Positions 36,379 to 49,718 of a stretch of 53,548 nt of DNA are shown piece after piece (position 1 is the stretch's first letter; the number at the start of each line of letters is the position of its first letter). The DNA comes from Macrostomum lignano (lineage: Eukaryota), in contig NIVC01004241.1 of assembly GCA_002269645.1 (NCBI GenBank), forward strand, positions 1 to 53,548, written 5' to 3'. A model generated the notes under the pieces. The model saw only the letters and a program-made list of their open reading frames with translations. It was not told the DNA's origin and ran no database searches. Position numbers and translations under genes: made by a program.

Positions 36379-38214
36379 GGTACCAGTCGTTTCGGTGACA
36401 AGTCATTTTGGTGATAGTCGATTTGGTGACAAATAGTCGTTTCGGTGACAAAGAGTGGTCGTTTCGGTGACAAAGAGGGGACATTTTGGTGACATAAAAT
36501 TTGTTTCATAATATCAATTTGTAGTTTTTAGAAGTAGTTTTCGATTAGTTCTGTTTATTTAACAAAGCTCAAAAAGGAGCAGACGAGCGGTACAGTTACA
36601 TAAAGCACTTGCATTGAAATTATAAGTACTGTAAGGCACAAAGCTCAAAAGGAGCGGTACATGTATATAAAGCACTTGCATTGAAGTTATAAGTACTGTA
36701 AGGCACAAAGCTCAAAAGGAGCGGTACATGTATATAAAGCACTTGCATTGAAGTTATAAGTACTGTAAGGCACAAAGCTCAAAAGGAGCGGTACATGTAT
36801 ATAAAGCACTTGCATTGAAGTTATAAGTACTGTAAGGCACAAAGCTCAAAAGGAGCGGTACATGTATATAAAGCACTTGCATTGAAGTTATAAGTACTGT
36901 AAGGCACAAAGCTCAGAAGGAGCGGTACAGTTACATAAAGCACTTGCATTGAAATTATAAGTACTGTAAGGCACAAAGCTCAAATTGGAGCGGTACATGT
37001 ATATAAAGCACTTGCATTGAAGTTATAAGTACTGTAAGGCACAAAGCTCAAATTGGAGAGGTACATGTATATAAAGCACTTGCATTGAAGTTATAAGTAC
37101 TGTAAGGCACAAAGCTCAAATTGGAGAGGTACATGTATATAAAGCACTTGCATTGAAGTTATAAGTACTGTAAGGCACAAAGCTCAAATTGGAGAGGTAC
37201 ATGTATATAAAGCACTTGCATTGAAGTTACAGCTGCGGGGGCACGCACAGTCTGCCGCAAGCCCGCAGCAGATGCATGGCAGTCAGATTGCCGTCCCGAT
37301 ACTTGCCCCAGAGCTCAAATATTTGGCCCTGCATGTCTCTGTACCGACGCCTCTGGACACGTTTCAGTGCCCCCTGTGAGAGCATTTGCGCCTGCAAAGG
37401 CACCAGCAGTGCCTCTTGGTGCAGCACTTGAATGAGCAGGTAAAATTGGATGTTGCTGCACTGAGCTCGGTGTTGAAGGTGACGATGATACCCTTCCAGG
37501 TCATTGTTGGTCCGGATGGCTCGTCAGTAGACCGAGACCTTAGTGGCGGTCCAGACTGAGCTCCGAAGCCACGTACGTCGAATGTACTGGCACAATGCAG
37601 TCAGTTGGTCGGCATCCGTTGACTGCTGCAGGCTGTCCAGAGCTGGCTCCATGTGCTCTGCTGGAAGAAATGACAGGGCCAGTAACTTCCGACAAAATCG
37701 TCTTGTGCCATCGTCAGTCCAATATGCCTCCTGTAGGCCTAGTGCTTGTACCTTCCTCCACACAGCCTGCGTCCAGTGAAATTGCAGCCGTGCAGTCTTG
37801 CAAAGGGGAATACATGTGCTTGCTGTCGCCGAGTCACAACTAATTGGCAGACAACGCATATGCTAAGAGGATCCATTATAAAATGCCAAGCAACGAGTTG
37901 GAGAACAGAGAAAAACAGTATCTGCATGCGCAGACAAAATATGCAATAAATATATCATACACAAAATATTGAACAAACTGCGTTAGAATAAAAAAACAAA
38001 ATGAAATACAAAACTGATAAACCATTTTAGTAAGGCCTCAAATAAGGAAAAAAACTTATAAGTTTTATTTCCAAATAAATGTTTCTAAATCTGCTACCCA
38101 ATGTAACAATTAGCCTTGTCACCGAAATGACTTTTGTTTGTCACCGATATAACTTTTGCTTGTCACCAAAACGACTGTCACCAAATCATCTTGTCACCAA
38201 AACAACTGTAATCC
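36379..38214 (-). mobile_element. Internally deleted Mutator/MULE element
   Basis: 9-bp TSD GCTACTCAG / GTTACTCAG. Ends are built of GTCGTTTCGGTGACAA repeats in inverted orientation. Transposase remnant 37227-37840: FPFARLHGCNF/HWTQAVWRKVQ...LSFLP...SVY*RAIRTNNDLEGYH, with one frameshift and one stop. Confidence 0.88.
36565..37228. repeat. 67-bp tandem repeat inside the MULE
   Basis: About 10 copies (period 36602 to 36669), starting at the transposase stop codon. Confidence 0.95.
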
Positions 38215-40336
38215 GTTACTCAGACTTATTCTAAGACACATTTCTTAGACTTATTCTAAGATTAATAAACTCATAATTTATTAATAGAAAAGCCTTGGTG
38301 GCACGTGGCACCAACATTTATATTATATATAAAGACAAAAGTTAAGCCCTGTTACAACTTTGGTGACCTCAGTAGGGTTTTAATAGAGAGAAGCTTTAGC
38401 CTGTTACAACCTGCGAACCTGGTGGCATTATTGGAATAGCTAAAAGAGGTAAGCAAACCATTACAACCACTTTGGTAGCAGATTTAGGATATTCAATAGG
38501 CCTAATAAGAATTAGAAAAGTAGCCCTACAACACATGTATATATAGTGTAATATAATACTATTAATGGACTATATTATAGAGTAGGGGGCCTAGGCCTAT
38601 AGAGCTAGAAATAGTATAGGCGCCTACTCATAATATATTTAGTCCAAGGTCTAGCTATTATTGATCTATGACTTATTGCTATAAAATAAAAAGATATTAT
38701 TGATTTCAGATATTCAGATAAGGTAAACTACAACATATAATTTGTAAGTATGCCGAATCGAGTTGCAATTGCAATTAATAAATTTAAATGCCAAATAAAA
38801 AAGCTAGGCCCTACTCTATGTAATACATTAGTTTTTTGTTTTTTGGTCAATTTGGGCAGAGCCAATTTGCCAATCAATGTTTTAAAGTCGTTGACTTGTT
38901 TAGTTGTTTATGTCAATCGGTAACAGACTGGTAACTAAGCCACAACAAGGAGTTAGGGCCTAATAAAAATAAAAAAGTAGGATTTAGACCTTGTAATCCA
39001 GTTCAGAACACTTATATCACTAACCGCATAAGCCATAATGCATACTTCGCACTATAAAGTTATTTTCACTATTGGGTTAAGGCAACATGCAAAAAATTTG
39101 CTACTACAGTCTACGTGTGACATCCTACAATGAAAAACTTAAGTTTGATAGGGGCCTAGCTTATACGGAACGCGCGCTCAACCGCGTCGTCGTCAGCCAC
39201 GTGACGACACAAGTCATTTTAGCTTAAAATTTGATACCGAAAAAAACAAAACGTGGAAGAACCTAAGTAAAGCGTATCAGAAAAAAATTTACTGTTTGCA
39301 TTTTTTTTATTTAATAGAGATTTTTTGATCATAAGGAAACAGGGAAGGAGAATTATACAGGTAAAGTTGAATAAACGTAAAAATCATAAGGCAAAGTTGC
39401 GTTGCCCTCACCATTGTTGGTAAAAAAACAAGGACACAGTGGTCCTTCGTAAAAAATCCAAAAAAGTTTAGACCCCGCTGGGAAATAAAACACTTTACAG
39501 GTGGACAAGTCAGTATCGTTTTAGAAATTTACCACTGGTGTGCTAGCTATTTCTCTGCCATTTGTACTGATTCAGTTTCTCATGCATCCTCCCAGACCTT
39601 CTCAGTCTGGGCTAACACCTTTTGAGGCAGCTGATCTGCTGACTACATGTAGAAAAATGTAGTCTAGTAATACTAATCTACTAATAGTCTAGTTAATACT
39701 AAATAGAACTATAGTAATACTAGTGTGAATCGCAATTCTGCATGAGTACTGTGTTCGCTCGCGTTGTTTCGTTCCGACGTGATCCTCCCCAAAACCGTAG
39801 CAAGGACCACTGATTATAGCTATATACAGTGGCCCTTGCACCGAAGGCTGATCTAGACCAGTAGGGATCAACATATAGCCAAAGAATACTCAGTATTCTG
39901 CCCGAGCAGAAAAATCACGTATTTAATACAAAGTTGGACGTCGCAAAAAAGTGTTGTAACTTTTTTGGTCGCAAGAACGTCTCTCATACGTATTTTTTAT
40001 CCACTGCAGAAGTTTTTTGTACAAACAGAAAGTAGTTCATCTTATTAGATACTCAGCAGCCAGCATTTAGTGATTTCCCTGAAAAAAGAAATCACGGCTT
40101 GAAATAGAAAAAGCAATAAAAATCAAACAAATATTTCAGAATTTTAATATATTTCAATAAATTTAAAAAAAAGTACTAACAGTTTCGCACATAAAAATGT
40201 TTTTGTGTTAAATTTTAAGAATTAAAGACAAGTTTAAAAAGTTATTGTGCTTGATCATTGTGCTTGAAGTATCAGGAAGTTACAATTTTATTTCCCGTGA
40301 TACCAGCAGGATCAAGTTGAGGACGGACCCATAAAA

Positions 40337-43063
40337 ATGGCTATTATACCATCAAATATGTGCTCTTTTTTCTGTCTGACTGTACTCTGTATGATTGTGG
40401 TTGCATCTGGTAAGTGAATGTTTAATTTTATAGCAAACCCCTTTCTTCTGCTATTCTTGACTTAACGTCCTAATTTTGGTTTCATATGTTTTTTTAGCTT
40501 TAATAAGGGTTTAAAGCTAAGCTTCAATATTGGCTTTTTGTCATATTTAGAATGTATCTCGTCTCAATAGAATAATGCCACAATCAAAATTTATGATGTA
40601 CAATTTATTCATTTATTATAATTAAATTGTAAGTAATTCAGAGGTAGAAATTACCTTAGATCTTTTAGGGCCTAACTTTATTAACTAGGGCCTATACACG
40701 CCATAATTTAGGTTTAATAAACCTCATTTACACAATTTTATACATTTCATTTACACAATCTCATCTACACAAGTATGATACAATATGTAGTATATCTTCA
40801 ATCATATAGTCAATCTTCTTGTTAGACATGTTTAATTATTTTCTGAATTTAACAAATTTTGAACACAAAGTTTTAACAAAGTTTACAACAGTTAGCAAGT
40901 TTGTTATGTTGTGTTGGTAGCACTAGGTATTGTAGTGTGCCACCCAGAAAAGTATGTTGCCAAAAATATTATGCGCGTGATAGTGGTGCCAAAGAAACTC
41001 ATCTAGGTGGGTCAAATATCTGCAATCAGAATTATACTAGTTGGTGCTGCAAGGCATCCAGCCATGATCAAGAAGAGTTGTTGCTCAAGATTGACAATCA
41101 CAATTCCTTAGAAAGCAAACAAGGTAAGAAATCTCTTAAAATCCTAGTCCCTCTCACCTCTAATCCCTTTTAAAAACACAGAGAGCAATTTCAGGTTTTC
41201 ACCATAAACATAGCCTTTAGCTATCTCAAACTAGTAACCTTAGACAAAATTGATATATTGCCATGTCTTAAATTTGTGTAAGTTCAAATATTTACTTGTG
41301 GTAACTAATAAAGCTGCTATTTTTCAAAAAAATAATTAACCATGCAAAACTAAAAGATTGCCAGCATATATAATAAAATAAATTCATCATCTTATAGTTC
41401 TTTTTCCAAGATTATAAAAATGGAAAAGATTATTTACTTATATCAAATATTACTAAAAGTTTTAGTAAGTCTTATTGTTCATATTTGTGTCTTTAAGTCT
41501 GGCTTGTGCTTTTATTTAAAAATAATTATATTCATAAGTCAAAGGCGTAATTGCTCTCACTGAAATTATCCCACTGCTGCAACCAAGTTGTCAAAGGGCT
41601 AAACTCCTGTTTTTATAAATGTTGGTAGCTGTCACCAAGACTATTCTATTAATAAATTATGAGTTTATTAATCTTAGAATAAGTCAGAATCTCAGAGGTC
41701 TGAGTATTTAGTCTGCATATTTAGTCTGAGTATTTAGTCTGTGTATTTAGTCTGAGTATTTAGTCTGTGTATTTAGTCTGAGTATTTTTCTTAGAAAACT
41801 ATTAGCCCTGAAAGATTTTACTCCTCTGTTATTCTGGTAGTGTTCTGTTTTTCTGGTAGTGTTCTATTTAATAATTAATAATGGCCTGAGCAGTATTTTG
41901 GCTTACTGGTATTTCATGTACTTTGCAAGTCCTTGGGTGTTACCGAGATCAGAGGGTCACAGCCTCTGGTTATTCTTACATGTATCATTTCAGATCTACT
42001 TTGTATTCTCTTACTACTCAATACTGCTGCTTCTCAATAGTATGTACTGTATATGCTTCAGTCTACTTCACTCTTACTACTTAAAAAGAATCAACACAGA
42101 AAACACTTCTTCAATTCTTATTTTCTTGGAACTATTATTCTTTGATATGACTGTTTCATTAGTGAACCGCGATGCGCGAGGTTGGTTCTCCCTCCGCCAA
42201 ATTCGCTTCTATTTATACTACTTTTACTCATAGATTAAAACAAAAATATATTTGCGTAAAATAATATGAAAAATATGAGTATTAAAACAAAAGAAATTGC
42301 ATCTTAGTTTTGGCGTAAATTCAAGTTCAACTAATCTGTAACTATTCTATAGAAAATCAGGAAGGGCCCTTTACACATACTAAAATAAAAAATGCTTATC
42401 TTGGCGAAACTAACTCTGATTCTAAAGCCTAAAGGTTTAAGTACTTTAGGTTTAAGAAAATATTAATAAACTATTTTAATTCTAAATCAGTATTATACAA
42501 TTAATTTTTTTAAACTAAGCTATCTATAAACCAATGGAATTTTTTAATTGCCTATGGATAATGCTTCAATCAGGTAATATGCTCTTTTTTTAAACCTAAA
42601 TATATCTGTTATATTAAATTTGCATAAAGCCTATATTACACAAAGTTAAAGCAAAATTTTAATATTTCTAACTCATTTTTTCTTGAAAACATCAAAGAAA
42701 AGCAATGTATTTTGACTTTTGACTTTTATCTTAATCTCCAAAACCAAACTTAACACAAAAGGTCAAGAGATTATGACGCCAATTGTGACCATCACTGATG
42801 TGAACCCCGACTCCAAATCGGATCGAATCACTACACTGACTAGTACCCTCTCTCGCGTGGATGCAATTCTTGGTGAAAACATCATCTTCGAATGCTCCGT
42901 GCTATACATGAAGACTGGCCGACCAATCCTGTGGAAGTACATGACTAATACTTCGTCTATAACCCTAAATGACGGCCTGAAGTCATTGGATGCATCCAAG
43001 TATCGGATCTCGCAGGTAATTTTTCGTGTTTTATTTAGTATTGTGCCAGACAGAACGACGGAA

Positions 43064-43102
<39 letters not shown>

Positions 43103-43123
43103 AACTAAGACACTGAGACAGAC

Positions 43124-43198
<75 letters not shown>

Positions 43199-46100
43199 TG
43201 GCAGACGGACAGACAGGCACGGACACACAAACACTAAAATAGACAGACAGACGGACACTAAGACAGACAGACACACTAAGATAGAAAGACAGACACTAAG
43301 ACACTAAGACACTGAGACAGACAGACAGCCAGACAGACAGCCAGGCCAAATTCAGCCGCACCCATTCCGAACGCTGCCAGGGCACATCGCAGCTCAGCAT
43401 CCGCCTGGAGATCATGTCCGTAGCGTACAGCTCGGAGGGCACCTACATGTGCGAGGTGTTCTACGACGATCGATCCACAGAGATTCGCCGCTCTCGCCGG
43501 GTGCACGTGTACGAGCTGCCCAGATTCGAAATCCAGGACACGTCGTTTGAAACTTCGGCCAGCGTTGGGGACAGCGTCCGGCTGCGCTGCAAAGCGGTCG
43601 GCATGCCGACCCCCCGGCTGTACTGGCTGAGGTCCGCCGGCAGCAGCTCGGTTATCCGCGACTACGGCAGACAGGTGGAAGGCAGCGAGATTCTCTTCAA
43701 CTCTGTGCAGGTATGAGACGGTTATACACAAACCTCAGATTAGTGAGATTCCCCAGGTAAACAAATCTGAGATTAGGGAGATTCCCCAGGTAGACAAATC
43801 TGAGATTAGTGAGATTCCCCAGGTAGACAAATCTGAGATTAGTGAGATTCCCCAGGTAGACAAATCTGAGATTAGTGAGATTCCCCAGGTAGACAAATCT
43901 GAGATTAGTGAGATTCCCCAGGTAGACAAATCTGAGATTAGTGAGATTCCCCAGGTAGACAAATCTGAGATTAGTGAGATTCCCCAGGTAGACAAATCTG
44001 AGATTAGTGAGATTCCCCAGGTAGACAAATCTGAGATTAGTGAGATTCCCCAGGTAGACACCTTTGAGATTAGTGAGATACCCCAGGTAGACACGTTTGA
44101 GATTATTGAGATTTCCCCAGTAGACAAACCTGAGATTGATGAGATTCCCCAGGACATTCCCCAGACAAACCTGAGATTGATGAGATTCCCCAGGTAGACA
44201 AACATGAGATTGATGAGATTCCCCAGGTAGACAAACATGAGATTGATGAGATTCCCCGGGTAGACAAACCTGAGATTGTAGAGATTCCCCAGGTAGACAA
44301 ACCTGAGATTGATGAGATTCCCCGGGTAGGCAAACCTGAGATTGTAGAGATTCCCCAGGTAGACAAATCTGAGATTAGTGAGATTCCCCAGGTAGGCAAA
44401 CCTGAGATTGTAGAGATTCCCCAGGTAGACAAATCTGAGATTAGTGAGATTCCCCAGGTAGACAAACCTCAGATTGAAGAGATTCCCCAGGTAGACAAAC
44501 CTCATTACGATAAGTTTTCTAGCAGCAGAAAGGAGCTTCTTAACTTGGCTACTTCCAGTAGGCAGTCAGACAAGCTAATTGATTATTATATTCGGCACTT
44601 ACAGGCCTCGGATCGCGGCACGTACATCTGCAACGCTATTAACCGAATCGGATCCAGCCAATGGCCCGTGCGGCTCAGCGTGAACTTCAAGCCCGCTGTC
44701 AGTTTTGAAAACGGCGCCAGGGCCAGTCAGAAATTCGGATGTACTCTCGAATTGCTGTGCGTTGTTGAGGCCAACCCGGAGCCTGCGCAGGGCGCCATCA
44801 CGGTTACTAAGGGAGGCGAAACTCTCAAGGATGGCTCGAACGGGTGAGAGGGGATGAGATTTTTAATTCTGTCTTTTTATATGAATGATATTTTGAATTC
44901 TGCCATTCCTATAGCAGTGAGATTTTGAATTCTATCATTCTTATAGAATGAGATTTGAAATTCTGTCATTCTTATAAGGAGAGATTTTGAATTCTGTCAT
45001 TCCTATAGGGTGAGATTTTGAATTCTGTCATTCTTATAGGGTGAGATTTTGAATTCTGTCATTCTTATAGGGTGAGATTTTGAATTCTGTCATTTCTATA
45101 GGGTGAGATTTTGAATTCTGTCATTCTTATAGGGTGAGATTTTGAATTCTGTCATTCTTATAGGGTGAGATTTTGAATTCTGTCATTCTATAGGGTGAGA
45201 TTTTGAATTCTGTCATTCTTATAGGGTGAGATTTTGAATTCTGTCATTCTTATAGGGTGAGATTTTGAATTCTGTCATTCTTATAGGGTGAGATTTTGAA
45301 TTCTGTCATTCTTATAGGGTGAGATTTTGAATTCTATTATTCTTATAGAATGAGATTTGGAATTCTGTCATTCTTATAAGGAGAGATTTTGAATTCTGTC
45401 ATTCTTATAGGGTGAGATTTTGAATTCTGTCATTTCTATAGGGTGAGATTTTGAATTCTATCATTCTTATAGGGTGAGATTTTGAATTCTGTCATTCTTA
45501 TAGGGTGAGATTTTGAATTCTGTCATTCTTATAGGGTGAGATTTTGAATTCTATTATTCTTATAAGGAGAGATTTTGAATTCTATCATTCCTATAGGGTG
45601 AGATTTTGAATTCGGTCACTCTTATAGGGTGAAATTTTGAATTCAATCATTCTCATATTTCGAATCCAATCTTTCCTAAAGGTGGAGATTGCCGAACATA
45701 GCTATCTACTATAGAATTGATTTGTTCATTTCAATCGTACTTTTTTCAGTGTCCGCCTGTTTCACATGCGAGGCGCTGACTCCACCATCTACCTGTCTAT
45801 CTTCATCTACCCGTTCGAATCATCACACGTGGGTACCTACACCTGCTCCGCTATGAACACCGTTAAGGATGGCACTGGTAGCGCCACTATTCAAGTGACT
45901 GGTGAGATTTCGATTTTTGTTGTTAGTATTATTTGAGAATCGCAGCTAATTGACCCTAAGATGGCACTAATCCACCCTGAGATATGGCCTAATCCACCCT
46001 GAGATATGACACTAATCCATCCCTGAGATATGACACTAATCTATCCTAAGATATGGCACTAATCCATCTCTGAGATATGGCACTAATCCATCCCTGAGAC

Positions 46101-47439
46101 ATGACACTAATCTATCCTAAGATATGGCACTAATCCATCTCTGAGATATGACACTAATCCATCCTAAGATACGGCACTAATCAATCTCTGGGATATTGCA
46201 CTAATTCATCCCTGAGATATGGCACTAATCCATCCCTGAGATACGGCACTAATCCACCCTGAGATATGACACTAATCCACCCTGAGATATGGCACTAATC
46301 CATCCCTGAGATACGGCACTAATCCACCCTAAGATATGGCACTAATCCATCTCTGAGATATGGCACTAACCCATCCCTGAGATATGACACTAATCCATCC
46401 TAAGATATGGCACTAATCAATCTCTGAGATATGGCACTAACCCATCCCTGAGATATGACACTAATCCATCCTAAGATATGGCACTAATCCATCTCTGAGA
46501 TATGGCACTAACCCATCCCTGAGATATGACACTAATCCATCCTAAGATATGGCACTAATCAATCTCTGAGATATGGCACTAATCCATCCCTGAGATACGA
46601 CACTAATCCATCCCTGAGATACGGCACTAATCCATCCCTGAGATACGGCATTAATCCACCCTGAGATATGGCACTAATACACCCTGAGATATGGCACTAA
46701 TCCACCCTGAGATATGACACTAATCCACCCTGAGATATGACACTAATCCACCCTGAGATATGACACTAATCCACCCTGAGATATGACACTAATCCACCCT
46801 GAGATATGGCACTAATCCACCCTGAGATATGACACTAATCCATCCCTGAGATATGACACTAATCCACCCTGAGATATGACACTAATCCATCCCTGAGATA
46901 TGACACTAATCCACCCTGAGATATGACACTAATCCATCACTGAGATATGACACTAATCCATCCCTGAGATATGGCACTAATCCACCCTGAGATATGACAC
47001 TAATCCATCCCTGAGATATGGCACTAATCCACCCTGAGATATGACACTAATCCACCCTGAGATATGACACTAATCCACCCTGAGATATGACACTAATCCA
47101 CCCTGAGATATGACACTAATCCACCCTGAGATATGACACTAATCCACCCTGAGATATGACACTAATCCACCCTGAGATATGACACTAATCCAACCTAAGA
47201 ATCGAAGACCCTTATTTATATAGTCCGTGCAATAAAGTCTTATTCTACGTGGCCATAAATTAATTAAGCCTTAATAACCGTTGCCATAAAAAACTGCAGC
47301 TTCGGACACGCCCGTCCCCGGCCGAACTGGCGCGGCCATCTGCTCAGGTTCGAGTCGGAACATCGCCACCCCGGCTTCGGTTGCAGCGCCCGCTGCTCTG
47401 CTGATTATCGTTCAGATTTTGCTAGCAAAGTTTCACTAA
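40337..47439 (+). CDS. IgLON/lachesin/DIP-like cell-surface protein (signal peptide, 3 Ig domains, GPI signal), 6 exons, 407 aa
   Basis: Exons 40337-40409, 42762-43015, 43345-43710, 44605-44843, 45750-45901 and 47300-47439; phases 1,0,0,2,1 all match, total 1224 nt. Cys pairs FEC..W..EGTYMC, LRC..W..DRGTYIC and LLC..VGTYTC. C-terminus SGSS...AALLIIVQILLAKFH* fits a GPI signal. Confidence 0.9.
43050..43344. repeat. (GACA)n microsatellite, Ig gene intron 2
   Basis: Long GACA run with ACACTAAG variants, continuing up to the acceptor. Confidence 0.95.
43733..44515. repeat. 33-bp minisatellite, Ig gene intron 3
   Basis: AGATTAGTGAGATTCCCCAGGTAGACAAATCTG, about 23 units. Confidence 0.95.
44860..45660. 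repeat. 31-bp minisatellite, Ig gene intron 4
   Basis: TGAGATTTTGAATTCTGTCATTCTTATAGGG, about 25 units. Confidence 0.95.
45950..47200. repeat. 23/24-bp minisatellite, Ig gene intron 5
   Basis: GAGATATGACACTAATCCACCCT, about 52 units. Confidence 0.95.
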
Positions 47440-47534
47440 CCAGTGTTCAGCCTTCAACTGTTGATTGACAAGACTGAGGTTGTTTGCATGCATTAAACTG
47501 GCTGTGCTGATGACCTGCGTTCCGTAATGACAAG

Positions 47535-47940
47535 CACTAGGACAGACACTAGGACAAACACTAGGACAAACACTAGGACAGGCACTAGGACAGACACTAG
47601 GACAGGCACTAGAACAGGCACTAGGACAGACACTAGGACAGGCACTAGGACAGGCACTAGGACAGGCACTAGGACAGACACTAGGACAGGCACTAGGACA
47701 GGCACTAGGACAGGCACTAGGACAGGCACTAGGACAAACACTAGGACAAAAACTAGGACAGGCACTAGGACAGACACTAGGACACTCGCTAGGACAGACA
47801 CTTAAGCAGACACTAGGACAGGCACTAAGGCAGTAGGACACTAGGACAGGCATCAAGACAGACACTAAGACAGACACTAAGACAGACACTTGGACAGACA
47901 CTAAGACACTCACTAGGACAAACACTTGGACAGACACTGC
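47535..47940. repeat. 12-bp minisatellite (GACAGGCACTAG) downstream of the Ig gene stop codon
   Basis: About 30 degenerate units. Confidence 0.9.
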
Positions 47941-48879
47941 ATCACCCAGTCAATGTAAAAGTGAGCTGCTATTGATAGTTGTTAAAACGTTGATAACATT
48001 TTTTTATATAATTTCATGCGTGTGTACAAGAAGTTTTTACTAACAATCAATTGATCGAACTGAAATAAACATATTTCTACCATTGTGTTGCAATGTCCGC
48101 CTCTGCTGCTAAAGTGACTATTTATATTAAGGTCCGTGTTTTCAAACGTAACATACATTCCTTTAATATAATTGCCTAACTGACACAATTCCAATGATCG
48201 CGAACTTCTTCTGTCAACTATTTGTACTATTTTAATCTATTAGCTATCATTAACTATTACTTTTATGCTGTGTAAATATGAAATGTTTTTACAATACTAA
48301 ATCAATAACATTCCTGACTAGGTTAAGTTTACTGCTAAAATTTGGAATTTTGATAGGATTTTTCCCGTGGACACTAGCAAGATGTGCTTGTGTACTGGTA
48401 CATGCATTGGTCCTATTATATAGCAAAATATACTTGATTGTGTGTGCTACACCGTATCATTTTACGGCGCACCTGTTGTTAACTCTGCAGAAGTGTGTTA
48501 CATTTTATTACTAATAATATTCACGATTTTATGGGTCAGTTATTTCATAGTCACTAATTTGATATATTATTGATGATATGAATGATCAATATGACTGAAG
48601 CAATTGTGATTGGATCATATCTGTATATGTAATCTTGATGATGTGCAAGTTTTTTTACCATTGCATGCAACTAAAGTAAAATGACGCTATTGCTAAAACT
48701 ATTGGTACGAGCCGTAAAACATCATTAAATTAACGTTAATTAATTAATGCAAACAGCGAAAGTACGCTGAACGAGAGAGTAATCTACATCTCTACAAAAC
48801 TATATCTCTACATAATTTTAGAACAGAACAAAAATTGAGTATTTTAGACTGCAACTCAATATAGGCCCTGTTCAGCCTT

Positions 48880-49400
48880 GGCCCACGCACCACCCCATTA
48901 TTTTTGCCTTAGCCCCCGCGGTGTTCCAGTCTAAAGCTGGCATGTGTACATTCTCAATGGCGTTGGCTAGGCCCACCACCCCATTATTATTGCCTTAGCC
49001 CCCGCGGTGTTCCAGTCTAAAGCTGGCATGTGTACATTCTCAATGGCGTTGGCTAGGCCCACCACCCCATTATTTTTGCCTTAGCCCCCGCGGTGTTCCA
49101 GCCTAAAGCTGGCATGTGTACATTCTCAATGGCGTTGGCTAGGCCCACCACCCCATTATTTTTGCCTTAGCCCCCGCGGTGTTCCAGTCTAAAGCTGGCA
49201 TGTGTACATTCTCAATGGCGTTGGCTAGGCCCACCACCCCATTATTTTTGCCTTAGCCCCGCGGTGTTCCAACCTAAAGCTGGCATGTGTACATTCTCAA
49301 TCGCGCTGGCTAGGCCCACCACCCCATTATTATTGCCTTAGCCCCCGCGGTGTTCCAGCCTAAAGCTGGCGTGTGCATGTACATTCTCAATGGCGCTGGC
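48880..49400. repeat. 86-bp tandem repeat
   Basis: About 6 copies (period 48971 to 49057). Confidence 0.92.
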
Positions 49401-49718
49401 TATAACTGTACATTATAGCTCGTACGCCTACACAAATAGCATGTTGTTGTTCACCTCTGCAAGTTGGAACTGCTGAAATTTCGCCGGAAATTTTCTTCCT
49501 TGTCGCTGTGCAAAATCCAAACTCGTTTTTTTATTCGGAGTCCACAAGGTGCGTGCGATCTTAGGAATTAAGTGCTAAGAAAAAAACGCGAAAACTTCTT
49601 ATCTTACTAATACATTATGCGGGAAATTTTGCGAGAGTAAGTAACTTCATTCTGCTTTAGCTGTCAGCGAGAGAGTTAAAGATTAGTTTTCAGTCTTCAA
49701 ATCGCTGATTTTCGACTA

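Noticed and set aside
43026-47937. Repeat ORFs at 43026-43307, 43735-44505 and 47422-47937
   Set aside because: They are microsatellite or minisatellite artefacts lying in introns or downstream of the Ig gene.
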